This document shows, piece after piece, positions 37,571 to 46,107 of a stretch of DNA of 60,229 nt (position 1 is its first letter; every line of letters begins with the position of its first letter). Source of the DNA: Candidatus Saccharimonadota bacterium (lineage in GTDB: Bacteria; Patescibacteriota; Saccharimonadia; Saccharimonadales; VXPC01). The notes under the pieces were generated by a model. That model was not told where the DNA came from and did not search any database. It worked only from the letters and a program-made list of their open reading frames with translations. The stretch covers positions 1 through 60,229 of the forward strand of contig JAPOWB010000008.1 of assembly GCA_026707815.1 (NCBI GenBank). The letters are read 5' to 3'. The position numbers and the translations under genes are program-made.

Positions 37571-38099
37571 AGCTTAAAACTCCCTTGATTTCCTGAGCTA
37601 TAGCCTCAATAGACTGATCAGCATTAATTTGAGTAATCTCAATATTCAAAGTCTGGAAATAACCAATAACTTCAGACATTGATTGATTATAAATTTGAAA
37701 TCTCTTTTTAATAGATGATTGAGTATCATCGGTTCGCCCCCTTAAAAGCAATCTCTTTATTAAAACTTCTTCTGAAGCTTCTAGGAATAAACATGTTTTC
37801 AATTGGGCTTTATAAGTTTGAAGCAGCCATTGAGCTTGGACTAGAACTCGGGGATAACCATCTAAAATTAACTGATTATCGGAAATTCCCTGCCGACGTA
37901 ATTGATCTATGCGCTGACCAATTAACTGATTGGTGTAATCATTGTTGGCTAAATTGCCCTTAGTGATGTTATCTAATATTTCTGACGGAGCATATTGACG
38001 CAAGAGAGATCCAGCTCCTATAACCTGCCAACCTTGATTAGCTAGAATTTCTACCTGAGTACTTTTACCACTACCGGGTGGACCAGTTATACTATACAT
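37560..38099 (-). CDS. adk: Adenylate kinase (short, LID-less form)
   Basis: P-loop GPPGSGKSTQ and LILDGYPR. 179 aa. Confidence 0.88.
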   Translation of the reverse strand: MYSITGPPGSGKSTQVEILANQGWQVIGAGSLLRQYAPSEILDNITKGNLANNDYTNQLIGQRIDQLRRQGISDNQLILDGYPRVLVQAQWLLQTYKAQLKTCLFLEASEEVLIKRLLLRGRTDDTQSSIKKRFQIYNQSMSEVIGYFQTLNIEITQINADQSIEAIAQEIKGVLSFAK

Positions 38100-38550
38100 T
38101 TGTAGATAATTTAACTTTTAATTTCTGGGCTATTTGCGATTGACTAGCTTGACCGTCTGTTTCAATCATCAATTCCTCTAATAAAATTTTAAAGTTGCTC
38201 ATGATAATTTCATGATTAGTCTTATTTAGATAGTTAGTGACTACATTTTCTATCTCCGTATCAGTTAACTGAGGTGGAAGTAATCTGTTGAGGATTTCAA
38301 TATCCAATTGTTTAGCCTCGGCTTTGGAGATATGACCATTCTGCTTATAAAATACCAAAGCTTCTTGGTAATTTTTCAAATGTTTATAAATGAAATCTCG
38401 ACATAATTTATCAGTTGGTCTTGTCTGGTTAGTCTGCTTAACAGCTAGCAAAACATCGCTTTTAAGTAGTTTTAATACCTCAACGGTAGCTGCTTGCCGA
38501 TCGAGTAGAGCCTGCTTGAGTTCCATCTCCAGCTGGGCAAATACTGACAT
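38092..38550 (-). CDS. yqeY: GatB/YqeY-domain protein
   Basis: 152 aa helical protein with a YqeY-like N-terminus (LKQALLDRQAATVEVLKLLKS). It sits next to rpsU, as in many bacteria. Confidence 0.75.
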   Translation of the reverse strand: MSVFAQLEMELKQALLDRQAATVEVLKLLKSDVLLAVKQTNQTRPTDKLCRDFIYKHLKNYQEALVFYKQNGHISKAEAKQLDIEILNRLLPPQLTDTEIENVVTNYLNKTNHEIIMSNFKILLEELMIETDGQASQSQIAQKLKVKLSTNV

Positions 38551-38553
38551 AAT

Positions 38554-38757
38554 CTATTTATAATACGAAGGTCGGTAAATTTGACGACGATTCCGCTTAA
38601 CGGCTTGAATACGCCTCTCTCTCTTCGAAATCGGTTTACTGAAATATTTGTTATTTCTAGCAATGACTAGGATACCCGCCTGTTGAACACGGCGATTAAA
38701 TCGCCTCAAAAGGCTATATCCCTGTTCACGCTCACTCCGACGAGTTACTTGTATCAT
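38554..38757 (-). CDS. rpsU: 30S ribosomal protein S21
   Basis: 67 aa and basic (LRRFNRRVQQAGIL...KRERR). Confidence 0.9.
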   Translation of the reverse strand: MIQVTRRSEREQGYSLLRRFNRRVQQAGILVIARNNKYFSKPISKRERRIQAVKRNRRQIYRPSYYK

Positions 38758-38795
38758 CTATAACAAAGTACTATAAAGAACTGCTAATTACAAGA

Positions 38796-39095
38796 TTAAA
38801 GACTGGGGCGGATACTTCGAATACTTCGACTGAAAGGCTGGGACTGAAGAACTAGAGACTGAAGTGGCTTGAAAAAGGGGCATTGACGATTAGTGCTATA
38901 AATTTTGGTATTATTCTTCTTAGCTGATAACAAAAAGCCATCTTTTTCTAAGCGACGTAATTCACGATAGACATTGCCGACATCTTCCTTGATAATGACG
39001 GATAGACCTCGTATATGAGCTCTATAGTCTGGATACTTAGCATAAACGATTATAATTTTGCGACGCACTCTAGAGGTAATCAAAGTATCTAACAT
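38796..39095 (-). CDS. Small winged-helix transcriptional regulator (ArsR/MarR-like)
   Basis: 99 aa. The GNVYRELRRLEKDGFLLS pattern matches a recognition helix plus wing. Confidence 0.5.
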   Translation of the reverse strand: MLDTLITSRVRRKIIIVYAKYPDYRAHIRGLSVIIKEDVGNVYRELRRLEKDGFLLSAKKNNTKIYSTNRQCPFFKPLQSLVLQSQPFSRSIRSIRPSL

Positions 39096-39268
39096 TATTT
39101 GAACTCCCTTTTTTCTTTTTTTTATTTTTATTACTTTTAATGTTTTAAAATTGTGTTACTTAGCATATCACAAGAAATCTGTTCAATTCAAATAAATTGA
39201 AACTGCTAAGAATTATTAAAAGATTCGGAACAAAATAATTAAAACTAGACGTTAAGGGATTAAGGATC

Positions 39269-41221
39269 ATGAATTATTATGAGATTTTTGTAGCTTCCAA
39301 AGCCAAGATAAATCAGCCTTTAATTTATGCTTCTTCTGATGAATTGAAGACTTATCAGATTGTTCAAATCCCTTTCAGGACGACAAATTGCTTAGGCTTT
39401 GTCTTGAAAAAAATCCCCTCCACAGAAATTTCAGCTAGCCTAAAGAGGAAGTGTCGAGGTATATCAATAACTAGCCAATATAGGTTACCTGAGATTTTGG
39501 TCAAAAGTGTTCTAAATTTTGCTACAAACTCAAGTCTGACCGTATCAATGGTCGCCAATCTACTCCTTAGCAATGCTCATCTAAAGGAAATTAAATTCGA
39601 GAACTTGAAAATTGACATTCCAAAGAAAAAGTTCTTACCCCTAACCAAATCTCAAGATGAAATCTACCAAAAAATTAAGCAAAACGAAACTTCAAAACCT
39701 CAGTTGCTTTTAGGTGTAAATGGCTCGGGGAAGACTAGACTCTATGCCGAATTAATCAAAGATTGCTACCAAGTCGGTCAGTCAAGCTTGATTTTGGTGC
39801 CCGAAATTGGTTTAAGCCAACAAATTTTCCAGCTTCTCAAAGAATACCTAAATCTGCCCATTCTTCTTTATCATTCCCAGTTGAAATCCAGTCAAAAAAA
39901 ACAGCTCTGGATCCAATGTTTAAAACAAAAACCAGTTATAATAATTGGTCCTCGATCATCAGAATTCTTACCTCTTCCCTCTCTGGGTTTAATCATTATG
40001 GATGAATTTCATGATGATTCCTATAAACAGAATAGTCAACCGACATATCACAGTCTTCACTTTGCCAGTATCTTAGCTAAAGAACATGGAGCCAGATTTA
40101 TTTGTGGATCAGCTACTCCCCGAATTGAAGATTACTATCATTTTCAAAAGGCTGACTACCCAATTTATCATTTAAATCAAAAAGTTTTAAAAACTATTCC
40201 CCCAGAAATTTTAATCGTCGAAAGATCGACTCAACATTTATTAATGCCCCAAACTTTGGATGTTATTTTACACACCATCCAAAACAAGCATCAAGCCTTA
40301 ATTTTTTACAACCAACGAGGACACTGGCGTTTAGCTCAATGTCAGACATGTTTAAAATATATTGAATGTTCTAACTGTTTTAGAAAATTAGTTTTTCATA
40401 AAGATAAATTTAAGTTGATCTGTCATGGTTGTGGCTTAGCTCGACGACCTCTGTCTGTTTGTCCGAGCTGTCAAAAAGCTATTAGATACAGTCAGCTTGG
40501 CATTAAAGCCGTGGCTGATGAGCTGAAAAAAGAACTTCTCAAAGTTAATCTTAAAACTCCTATTTGGCGGTTTGATAGCGATAATCCTAAAAGTGAAACT
40601 TTAGCTAGTAAATTAACCCAAATTAACAAGCAGTCAGACTTAATTATTTTAGGAACTCAAGTCATTTCTCAAGGCTTAGATCTGACTAATTTACAAACTG
40701 TGGTCGTTTTAGACGCTGATCAGAATCTACAATTTCCCGATTATCGGACTCAAGAAAGGTATTATCGATATATCCATCAAATTAGCGGTCGAGTCGGTCG
40801 AGGGCATTTAGATGAAACCAAAGTTGTCTTACAAACTGCTCTGACAGATGATTTTGTTTTGAAATGCGCTGTTAGACAGGACTGGTTAAAATTCTACCAA
40901 TACGAATTAAAGCAAAGACAGCAATATCAATTGCCGCCATTTGTTCATTTAGCTAATATAGTTATTCGTCGATCGAATCAAGAGTCGACCAAAAAGGTCG
41001 CCACTGAACTTTACAATCACCTCAAGGCTAAGTTTAAAGCAGATCTAAAAATTTATCCGCCCAATCCATCTCTGAGAGAAAAACAAGGTAAAAACTATGA
41101 ATGGTTAATACATCTCAGCACTCAGAAGCGAACGAACTTAATTAAAGTTATCGATTACCTCAAAGACAGTGAATATTTCATTAATCTTGATCCAAGTCAA
41201 TTATTTGAAAGTGGCATTTAA
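39269..41221 (+). CDS. priA: Primosomal protein N' (replication restart helicase PriA)
   Basis: Walker A GVNGSGKT, DExH-like DEFHD, and a Cys-rich zinc insertion (CQTC..CSNC..CHGC..CPSC). Confidence 0.9.
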   Translation: MNYYEIFVASKAKINQPLIYASSDELKTYQIVQIPFRTTNCLGFVLKKIPSTEISASLKRKCRGISITSQYRLPEILVKSVLNFATNSSLTVSMVANLLLSNAHLKEIKFENLKIDIPKKKFLPLTKSQDEIYQKIKQNETSKPQLLLGVNGSGKTRLYAELIKDCYQVGQSSLILVPEIGLSQQIFQLLKEYLNLPILLYHSQLKSSQKKQLWIQCLKQKPVIIIGPRSSEFLPLPSLGLIIMDEFHDDSYKQNSQPTYHSLHFASILAKEHGARFICGSATPRIEDYYHFQKADYPIYHLNQKVLKTIPPEILIVERSTQHLLMPQTLDVILHTIQNKHQALIFYNQRGHWRLAQCQTCLKYIECSNCFRKLVFHKDKFKLICHGCGLARRPLSVCPSCQKAIRYSQLGIKAVADELKKELLKVNLKTPIWRFDSDNPKSETLASKLTQINKQSDLIILGTQVISQGLDLTNLQTVVVLDADQNLQFPDYRTQERYYRYIHQISGRVGRGHLDETKVVLQTALTDDFVLKCAVRQDWLKFYQYELKQRQQYQLPPFVHLANIVIRRSNQESTKKVATELYNHLKAKFKADLKIYPPNPSLREKQGKNYEWLIHLSTQKRTNLIKVIDYLKDSEYFINLDPSQLFESGI

Positions 41222-41235
41222 GTATAATAAGGGTT

Positions 41236-41826
41236 ATGAAGTCAAAAATTATCAGACTACCGAATCCATTACTCAGACAAACCTCAAAAAAGATTGGACT
41301 AATCAATGATCGGGTTAAGAATTTAGTCGCCGAAATGATTGATCAAGCTAAAGCTTGGGAAATCAGTCGTCAGCACGAAATTACAGTTGGTTTGGCAGCG
41401 ATTCAAATTGGTCAACCCTTAAAAATTATTATTGTTCGCTCTGATTTTAATCCTCAATCCAGTCCTGATTTTGAAGTTTTGATCAATCCTAAAATCACTA
41501 AAAGCTTCGGAGAGCAGATAATCCAACCGGAAGGTTGCCTGAGTGTTCCAAATTATTATGCCCCTATTCAACGCTTTGACAAAATCCAGTTAACCGCTCT
41601 TAATCTCGACGGACAGAACTTTAAAATTAAGGCCGAGGGCTTTGCTGCCCGAGTTTTACAACATGAAGTTGATCATCTTAAAGGTATCATGACTGTCGAT
41701 CAGGCTGTTGAATACACTGATAGCATGGGACAAACCTTTAATTTCGCTCAACTTAATCAGCAAGGTCAACTGGAAGCAGTTAATCAGAAAGAAGTAATCA
41801 AATCTGGAATTTTAAATTATGAATAA
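41236..41826 (+). CDS. def: Peptide deformylase
   Basis: Motifs GLAAIQIG, EGCLS and HEVDH. Confidence 0.93.
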   Translation: MKSKIIRLPNPLLRQTSKKIGLINDRVKNLVAEMIDQAKAWEISRQHEITVGLAAIQIGQPLKIIIVRSDFNPQSSPDFEVLINPKITKSFGEQIIQPEGCLSVPNYYAPIQRFDKIQLTALNLDGQNFKIKAEGFAARVLQHEVDHLKGIMTVDQAVEYTDSMGQTFNFAQLNQQGQLEAVNQKEVIKSGILNYE

Positions 41827-42772
41827 AAAATCTAGTTTAGTCTTTTTGGGTAATGAAATTTTTAGCAGTGAATCCCATTATAATCAAGCCCCAATTTTGC
41901 AAGCTTTAATAGATAATCAATACCCCCTTGAAGCTGTTATAGTCAAGAAAAAAACCACTAAAAGCCGCCAAGAAAGAATATTTGCAACTTTGGAATTAGC
42001 CAAAAAGTATAATCTAAACTTAATCGTTCTTGATCAAGTAGGTGACTTAATAACTCACATTCAAAATCTGACATCTCCTCTAGCGATTGTTGCCAGTTTT
42101 GGTTGGATTATTCCCAGTCAAATCTTGAATTATTTCCCTCTTGGAATTTTCAATCTCCATCCTTCCCTCTTACCGCTTTACAGAGGAACAACTCCAATTG
42201 AAACATCTCTTTTGGACGGAGTCAAAGAGACTGGAGTCAGTTTAATAAAATTAAATAACGATATGGATGCTGGAGATATATACGCTCAAGCCAGATTAAA
42301 ATTGTCTGAGCAATTATCTAAACAGGAATTGACCCAGAAACTTGGTCAACTTTCAGCAAATTTATTAATACGGACTTTGCCACAAATTATTAACAATCAG
42401 ATCCAGCCCAAACCTCAAAATCACCAATTAGCTACCTATACAAAGCCTATTAAACCAGCAGTGATTAATGATTTGAGAACTAAACCGGCCCAATTTTGGC
42501 AGAGATATATTCAAGCTTATCTGCATTGTTCTAACAATCGCTTCAAATTTAAAAATCTAATAATCGAACCTTTGGAGGTCGGCATTCTGCCTATGAATAA
42601 AGATAAAGATATCTATTATAATAAAAATCGAAAAGCTTTGTGTCTGGCGACTCAAGAAGGCTTTCTTGCTATTTATAAACTTAAACCGGCTAATCGCAAA
42701 ACATTAACGGCTTGTGAATTTGTCAATGGATTTTGCCAAGAATTGTTGCCGAATTACTCAACGGCAGAGTGA
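41819..42772 (+). CDS. fmt: Methionyl-tRNA formyltransferase
   Basis: HPSLLPLYRGTTPIE motif. Overlaps def by 8 nt. Confidence 0.9.
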   Translation: MNKKSSLVFLGNEIFSSESHYNQAPILQALIDNQYPLEAVIVKKKTTKSRQERIFATLELAKKYNLNLIVLDQVGDLITHIQNLTSPLAIVASFGWIIPSQILNYFPLGIFNLHPSLLPLYRGTTPIETSLLDGVKETGVSLIKLNNDMDAGDIYAQARLKLSEQLSKQELTQKLGQLSANLLIRTLPQIINNQIQPKPQNHQLATYTKPIKPAVINDLRTKPAQFWQRYIQAYLHCSNNRFKFKNLIIEPLEVGILPMNKDKDIYYNKNRKALCLATQEGFLAIYKLKPANRKTLTACEFVNGFCQELLPNYSTAE

Positions 42773-42785
42773 GGATAATCTACTG

Positions 42786-42868
42786 ATGGGGGTTATGAAA
42801 TTATATGCTTTTTATAGCAAGGGTTTATCAGCTATCTATTGGCATCAGAATTATACTTAATGTAATTA
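42786..42868. repeat. Roughly 85-nt intergenic repeat, copy B (partner at 1946-2036)
   Basis: Shares the same core as copy A. It is followed by a perfect 10-bp hairpin, cttaatgtaa-ttatcg-ttacattaag. Confidence 0.6.
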
Positions 42869-42893
42869 TCGTTACATTAAGTAGGATTAAGGA

Positions 42894-42922
42894 TTGATTT
42901 TTATCTGTAAAAATGGTATAAT
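42894..42922 (+). promoter_or_regulatory. Consensus sigma70-type promoter with extended -10 for the repeat-protein gene
   Basis: TTGATT, 17 nt, (TGg)TATAAT, with the ATG 10 nt downstream of the -10 box. The same 30-nt promoter sequence recurs at 45365-45393 on the other strand. Confidence 0.55.
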
Positions 42923-42932
42923 TGCTATCACT

Positions 42933-43514
42933 ATGATAAAAAATAAAAACATTCTTAAATCTCCTAAAGATAATACAGAAAGACAATATAGTGTTGATGG
43001 TGGTTTGCTTAAAAGAGAACACTATGATGCAGATGGTAATTTAAAGTGGTATAACAAGCCTGAATATGATGCTCTTGGTAATATGATTAAAAGAGAACAC
43101 TATGATGGTGATGGTAATTTAAAGTGGTATAACAAGTCTGAATATGATGCTGATAAGCTGATTAAAAGAGAACACTATGATGCAGATGGTAATTTGACGG
43201 GGTATGAGAGGTTTGAATATGATGCTGATGACAATAGAGCTAAAACAGAACGCTTTGATGCTCTTGGTAAGTTAGAGGGGTATAACAAGTCTGAATACAA
43301 TGCTAATGGTAAGTTGATTAAATCAGAAAGTTATGATTATGCTGGTAATTTAAGTCGGTATTTGCAGAATTATGCTGATGGTAATCGGATGCAGATAGAA
43401 TACTATGATGCTGATGGTAATCGGACTCAATATGAACACTATGATGCTGATGGTAATCTGATTAAACAAGAACGCTATACTGATGGTAATTTAGTAAATG
43501 CCTATTCTAACTAA
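42933..43514 (+). CDS. Soluble (no TM) YD/'DADGN' repeat protein, paralog
   Basis: MIKNKNILKSPKDNTERQYSVDGG... followed by EHYDADGNLKWYNK units. The start was moved from the TTG at 42894 to the ATG at 42933, based on the promoter position and alignment with paralog 44799..45356. Confidence 0.75.
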   Translation: MIKNKNILKSPKDNTERQYSVDGGLLKREHYDADGNLKWYNKPEYDALGNMIKREHYDGDGNLKWYNKSEYDADKLIKREHYDADGNLTGYERFEYDADDNRAKTERFDALGKLEGYNKSEYNANGKLIKSESYDYAGNLSRYLQNYADGNRMQIEYYDADGNRTQYEHYDADGNLIKQERYTDGNLVNAYSN

Positions 43515-43521
43515 TTGATTT

Positions 43522-43758
43522 TTATAAGGCTTTCAGCCATTCGGCTTTATAGACATCTAAAATCTTTTTAATGGCAGTTAACTCACTTGGCAACTTGCTT
43601 ATAAAAAGCTCTAAATCCTCAACCTCATATAAAGTAGTATCGTCAGTTTGAGGGGCTTTTAAGATAGCTATATTGTTTTCTAAATCAATCTCAATACTTA
43701 TAAAAGGCTTACCATCAACTTGGCTGACTAGTTTTAAAGGCTCTTTCTTTTTAGTCAT
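43522..43758 (-). CDS. Hypothetical 78-aa acidic protein
   Basis: An ORF of reasonable composition with no recognisable motif. Confidence 0.45.
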   Translation of the reverse strand: MTKKKEPLKLVSQVDGKPFISIEIDLENNIAILKAPQTDDTTLYEVEDLELFISKLPSELTAIKKILDVYKAEWLKAL

Positions 43759-44029
43759 ATTTTATCCTTAAAATCCAATGTAATGTAATTCGTGTTATGT
43801 TAAGTATACGGGGTATTTGGCTTGGCTAAAATTAGGACAATCCTATTTTGCATTTGCCATCTCACTGGCTTTATAAATATCTGAATAATATGCTTTTAGC
43901 AAACTCGCCATAGCCATAGCCGTCATTGATCCCAGTCCAGCCGATCCCATAAATATGCAAGTAGGTATCAGCAGTTTGGATATTTTAATTAGCAAATCGC
44001 CTTTTAATTCTTTTAAATAATCAGCATAA

Positions 44030-44053
44030 AAACCCTCTAAATCAATAGAGGGT
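44030..44053 (-). terminator. Intrinsic terminator hairpin after gene 44088..44714
   Basis: The stem aaccctcta/tagagggtt (9 bp) is followed by TTTTTATG on the minus strand. The flanking ttattaggttatatactttt matches the flank of the hairpin at 703-724. Confidence 0.55.
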
Positions 44054-44087
44054 TATTAGGTTATATACTTTTTATAGATTAGATGGG

Positions 44088-44714
44088 CTAGTTTTTAATC
44101 AAATTACCATCAGCATCATAAAGTTCTGTTTTAATCTTATTACCATCAGCATCATATATATGCTCGTAATACCATTCTAAATTACCATCAGCATTATAGG
44201 TTTCTGATTTAATTAAATTATCATCTGCATCATATTCAGACTTATCATATTCCGATAACTTACCATCTGCATCATAGTATTCTGTTTTAATCTCATTACC
44301 ATTAGCATCATATATATGCTCGTAATACCGCCTTAACTTGCCATCAGCATTATAGGTTTCTGATTTAATTAAATTATCATCAGCGTCATATTTATATAGG
44401 CTATAACTCATTAAATTACCAAATGCACTATAGTATTCTGATTTAATTAAATTATCATCAGCATCATATTCAAACCTATCATGCCTCTCTAACTTACCAT
44501 CTGCATCATAATACTTCGTCTTACTAACCCTGCCATCACTATTGCAGTAGTATTTTTCTGTATCTGTATCTTTAGGACATTCAATCACTTCTTTAGGGGT
44601 ATCAACTGGTTTTACTTCATCTTTTACTTCATCACCACTAATTAAAGCATAGGTGACTATGCCTGTCACATATCCCAAGATGCTGATAAGAATAATGATT
44701 AGCTTGTTATTCAT
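44088..44714 (-). CDS. Membrane-anchored YD/'DADGN' repeat protein, paralog
   Basis: Starts at MNNKLIIILISI (Met12 of ORF 44088..44747). Its Cys box ECPKDTDTEKYYCNSDGRVSKTKYYDADG is identical to the second unit of 759..1718. Confidence 0.8.
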   Translation of the reverse strand: MNNKLIIILISILGYVTGIVTYALISGDEVKDEVKPVDTPKEVIECPKDTDTEKYYCNSDGRVSKTKYYDADGKLERHDRFEYDADDNLIKSEYYSAFGNLMSYSLYKYDADDNLIKSETYNADGKLRRYYEHIYDANGNEIKTEYYDADGKLSEYDKSEYDADDNLIKSETYNADGNLEWYYEHIYDADGNKIKTELYDADGNLIKN

Positions 44715-44753
44715 TGAATATAAGTATATCTCATAATTAATTACCAAAAAACA

Positions 44754-44775
44754 AACCCCCTAATTAAAGGGGGTT
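44754..44775 (-). terminator. Intrinsic terminator hairpin after gene 44799..45356 (same module as 703-724)
   Basis: aaccccct-aattaa-agggggtt, followed by a T-run on the minus strand. Confidence 0.6.
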
Positions 44776-44798
44776 ATATATTTTTTATGGGTTAAAAA

Positions 44799-45356
44799 TC
44801 AATTAAAATGCTCGGTATCTACTAACTTACCATTACCAGTATAGCTGTATGTTGTAATCAAATCGCCATCAGTATCATATTCATATTTGATATACTCAAC
44901 TAAATTGCCATAACCATCATAGATTTCTTGTTTAATCCGATTGCCATCAGCATCGTATTCAAACTTATCATATCCCTTTAAATTATCATCAGCATCATGG
45001 TATTCTGCTTTAATCACATTACCATTAGCATCATATTCTTGCTGAATATATTCCTTTAAATTACCATCAACATCATAGTATTCTTTTTTAATCAGACTAC
45101 CATCACATTCAAACTTGGTATACGACTTTAACCTACCATCAGCATCGTATTCAAACTTATCATACCCCGTTGAATTACCATATGCATCATATCGTTCATA
45201 TTTAATCAACTTGCCATCAGCATCATATTCATACTTGGTATATCCTTCTGAATTGCCATCAGCATCATACCATTCGGCTTTAATCAAATTACCATCGGTA
45301 TCATATTGTCTGTCTATATTATCCTCAAGATATCTAATAGCATTTTTATTTATCAT
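44799..45356 (-). CDS. Soluble YD/'DADGN' repeat protein, paralog
   Basis: 185 aa. MINKNAIRYLEDNIDRQYDTDGNL... followed by YDADG units. No TM helix. Confidence 0.8.
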   Translation of the reverse strand: MINKNAIRYLEDNIDRQYDTDGNLIKAEWYDADGNSEGYTKYEYDADGKLIKYERYDAYGNSTGYDKFEYDADGRLKSYTKFECDGSLIKKEYYDVDGNLKEYIQQEYDANGNVIKAEYHDADDNLKGYDKFEYDADGNRIKQEIYDGYGNLVEYIKYEYDTDGDLITTYSYTGNGKLVDTEHFN

Positions 45357-45364
45357 AATAAGTT

Positions 45365-45393
45365 ATTATACCATTTTTACAGATAAAAATCAA
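45365..45393 (-). promoter_or_regulatory. Second copy of the TTGATT-17-TGgTATAAT promoter
   Basis: The reverse complement reads attgatttttatctgtaaaaatggtataat. The ATG lies 8 nt after the -10 box and there is no Shine-Dalgarno. Confidence 0.55.
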
Positions 45394-45395
45394 TA

Positions 45396-45746
45396 TTACC
45401 CCTGCAGTCTGCTGATGCAATCGGATAGACTCTTTATCGTCTTTACCCTTACCTTGATCAATAGGATCAGATTGTTGCCGTCAAAATCCTCGACATCAAT
45501 CCTAGTCAATTCAACCAATCTTAAGCCTTGATAGATTAGCAAAGATAGGATTGCTTTTAATCTTAAATCACTTGATCCTTGCATATGCTCACAAATCTTA
45601 AAGACTTCGTCTGATTTTAAGCCAAACTTTTTATGTTTTTTGGATTGGTTAAAGCCCTTGATCCCTCTGCCAGTGATGTCTTTAGAGGCATCAAATGGGA
45701 TAATCCCAGCATTAAACATAATCCGTAAAAGTCGCTTGGCAGTCAT
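45396..45746 (-). pseudogene. Tyrosine recombinase (phage-type integrase) fragment, frameshifted and truncated at both ends
   Basis: LRLKAILSLLIYQGLRLVELTRIDVEDFD matches the start of the catalytic domain, including the first catalytic Arg. The expected GKGxK...R.vpL segment (QGKGKDDKESIRLHQQTAG) appears only in another frame near 45400-45455. The downstream catalytic residues are absent. Confidence 0.65.
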
Positions 45747-45780
45747 TAGTTGCTTGCTTTTAGTAGCAACAGAGATTTTA

Positions 45781-46107
45781 TTATGATTTAGCTTGGTTTA
45801 AAATTTGCTGAGTATTGGCGACAATCTCAGTCTTCAATCGTTCCAATTCTACTTCAACGATTTTAGGATATTGAGGAGCTTTCTCTCTCAATAGAGCTAT
45901 TAACTGGGCAGGGGTTTTCTGGGGATTTTGCAAAGCTTGATCAAATTCAGCTAATTCTTGATTAGATAAAACTTTGGAGATTGCTAACCCAACCCGCAAA
46001 CTTAATTGTTCTTCGATATAAATTAATAATTCTTTCTTTTCAGCCTCAGGTAAAGATTCTAAACCTAATTCCTTTAAAAAATCATTATTTAAAGCTAGCA
46101 ACTTCAT
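45781..46107 (-). CDS. Conserved-looking hypothetical helical protein co-transcribed with infB
   Basis: 108 aa. Its start overlaps the infB stop by 4 nt (ATGA). It is not RbfA-like. Confidence 0.6.
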   Translation of the reverse strand: MKLLALNNDFLKELGLESLPEAEKKELLIYIEEQLSLRVGLAISKVLSNQELAEFDQALQNPQKTPAQLIALLREKAPQYPKIVEVELERLKTEIVANTQQILNQAKS

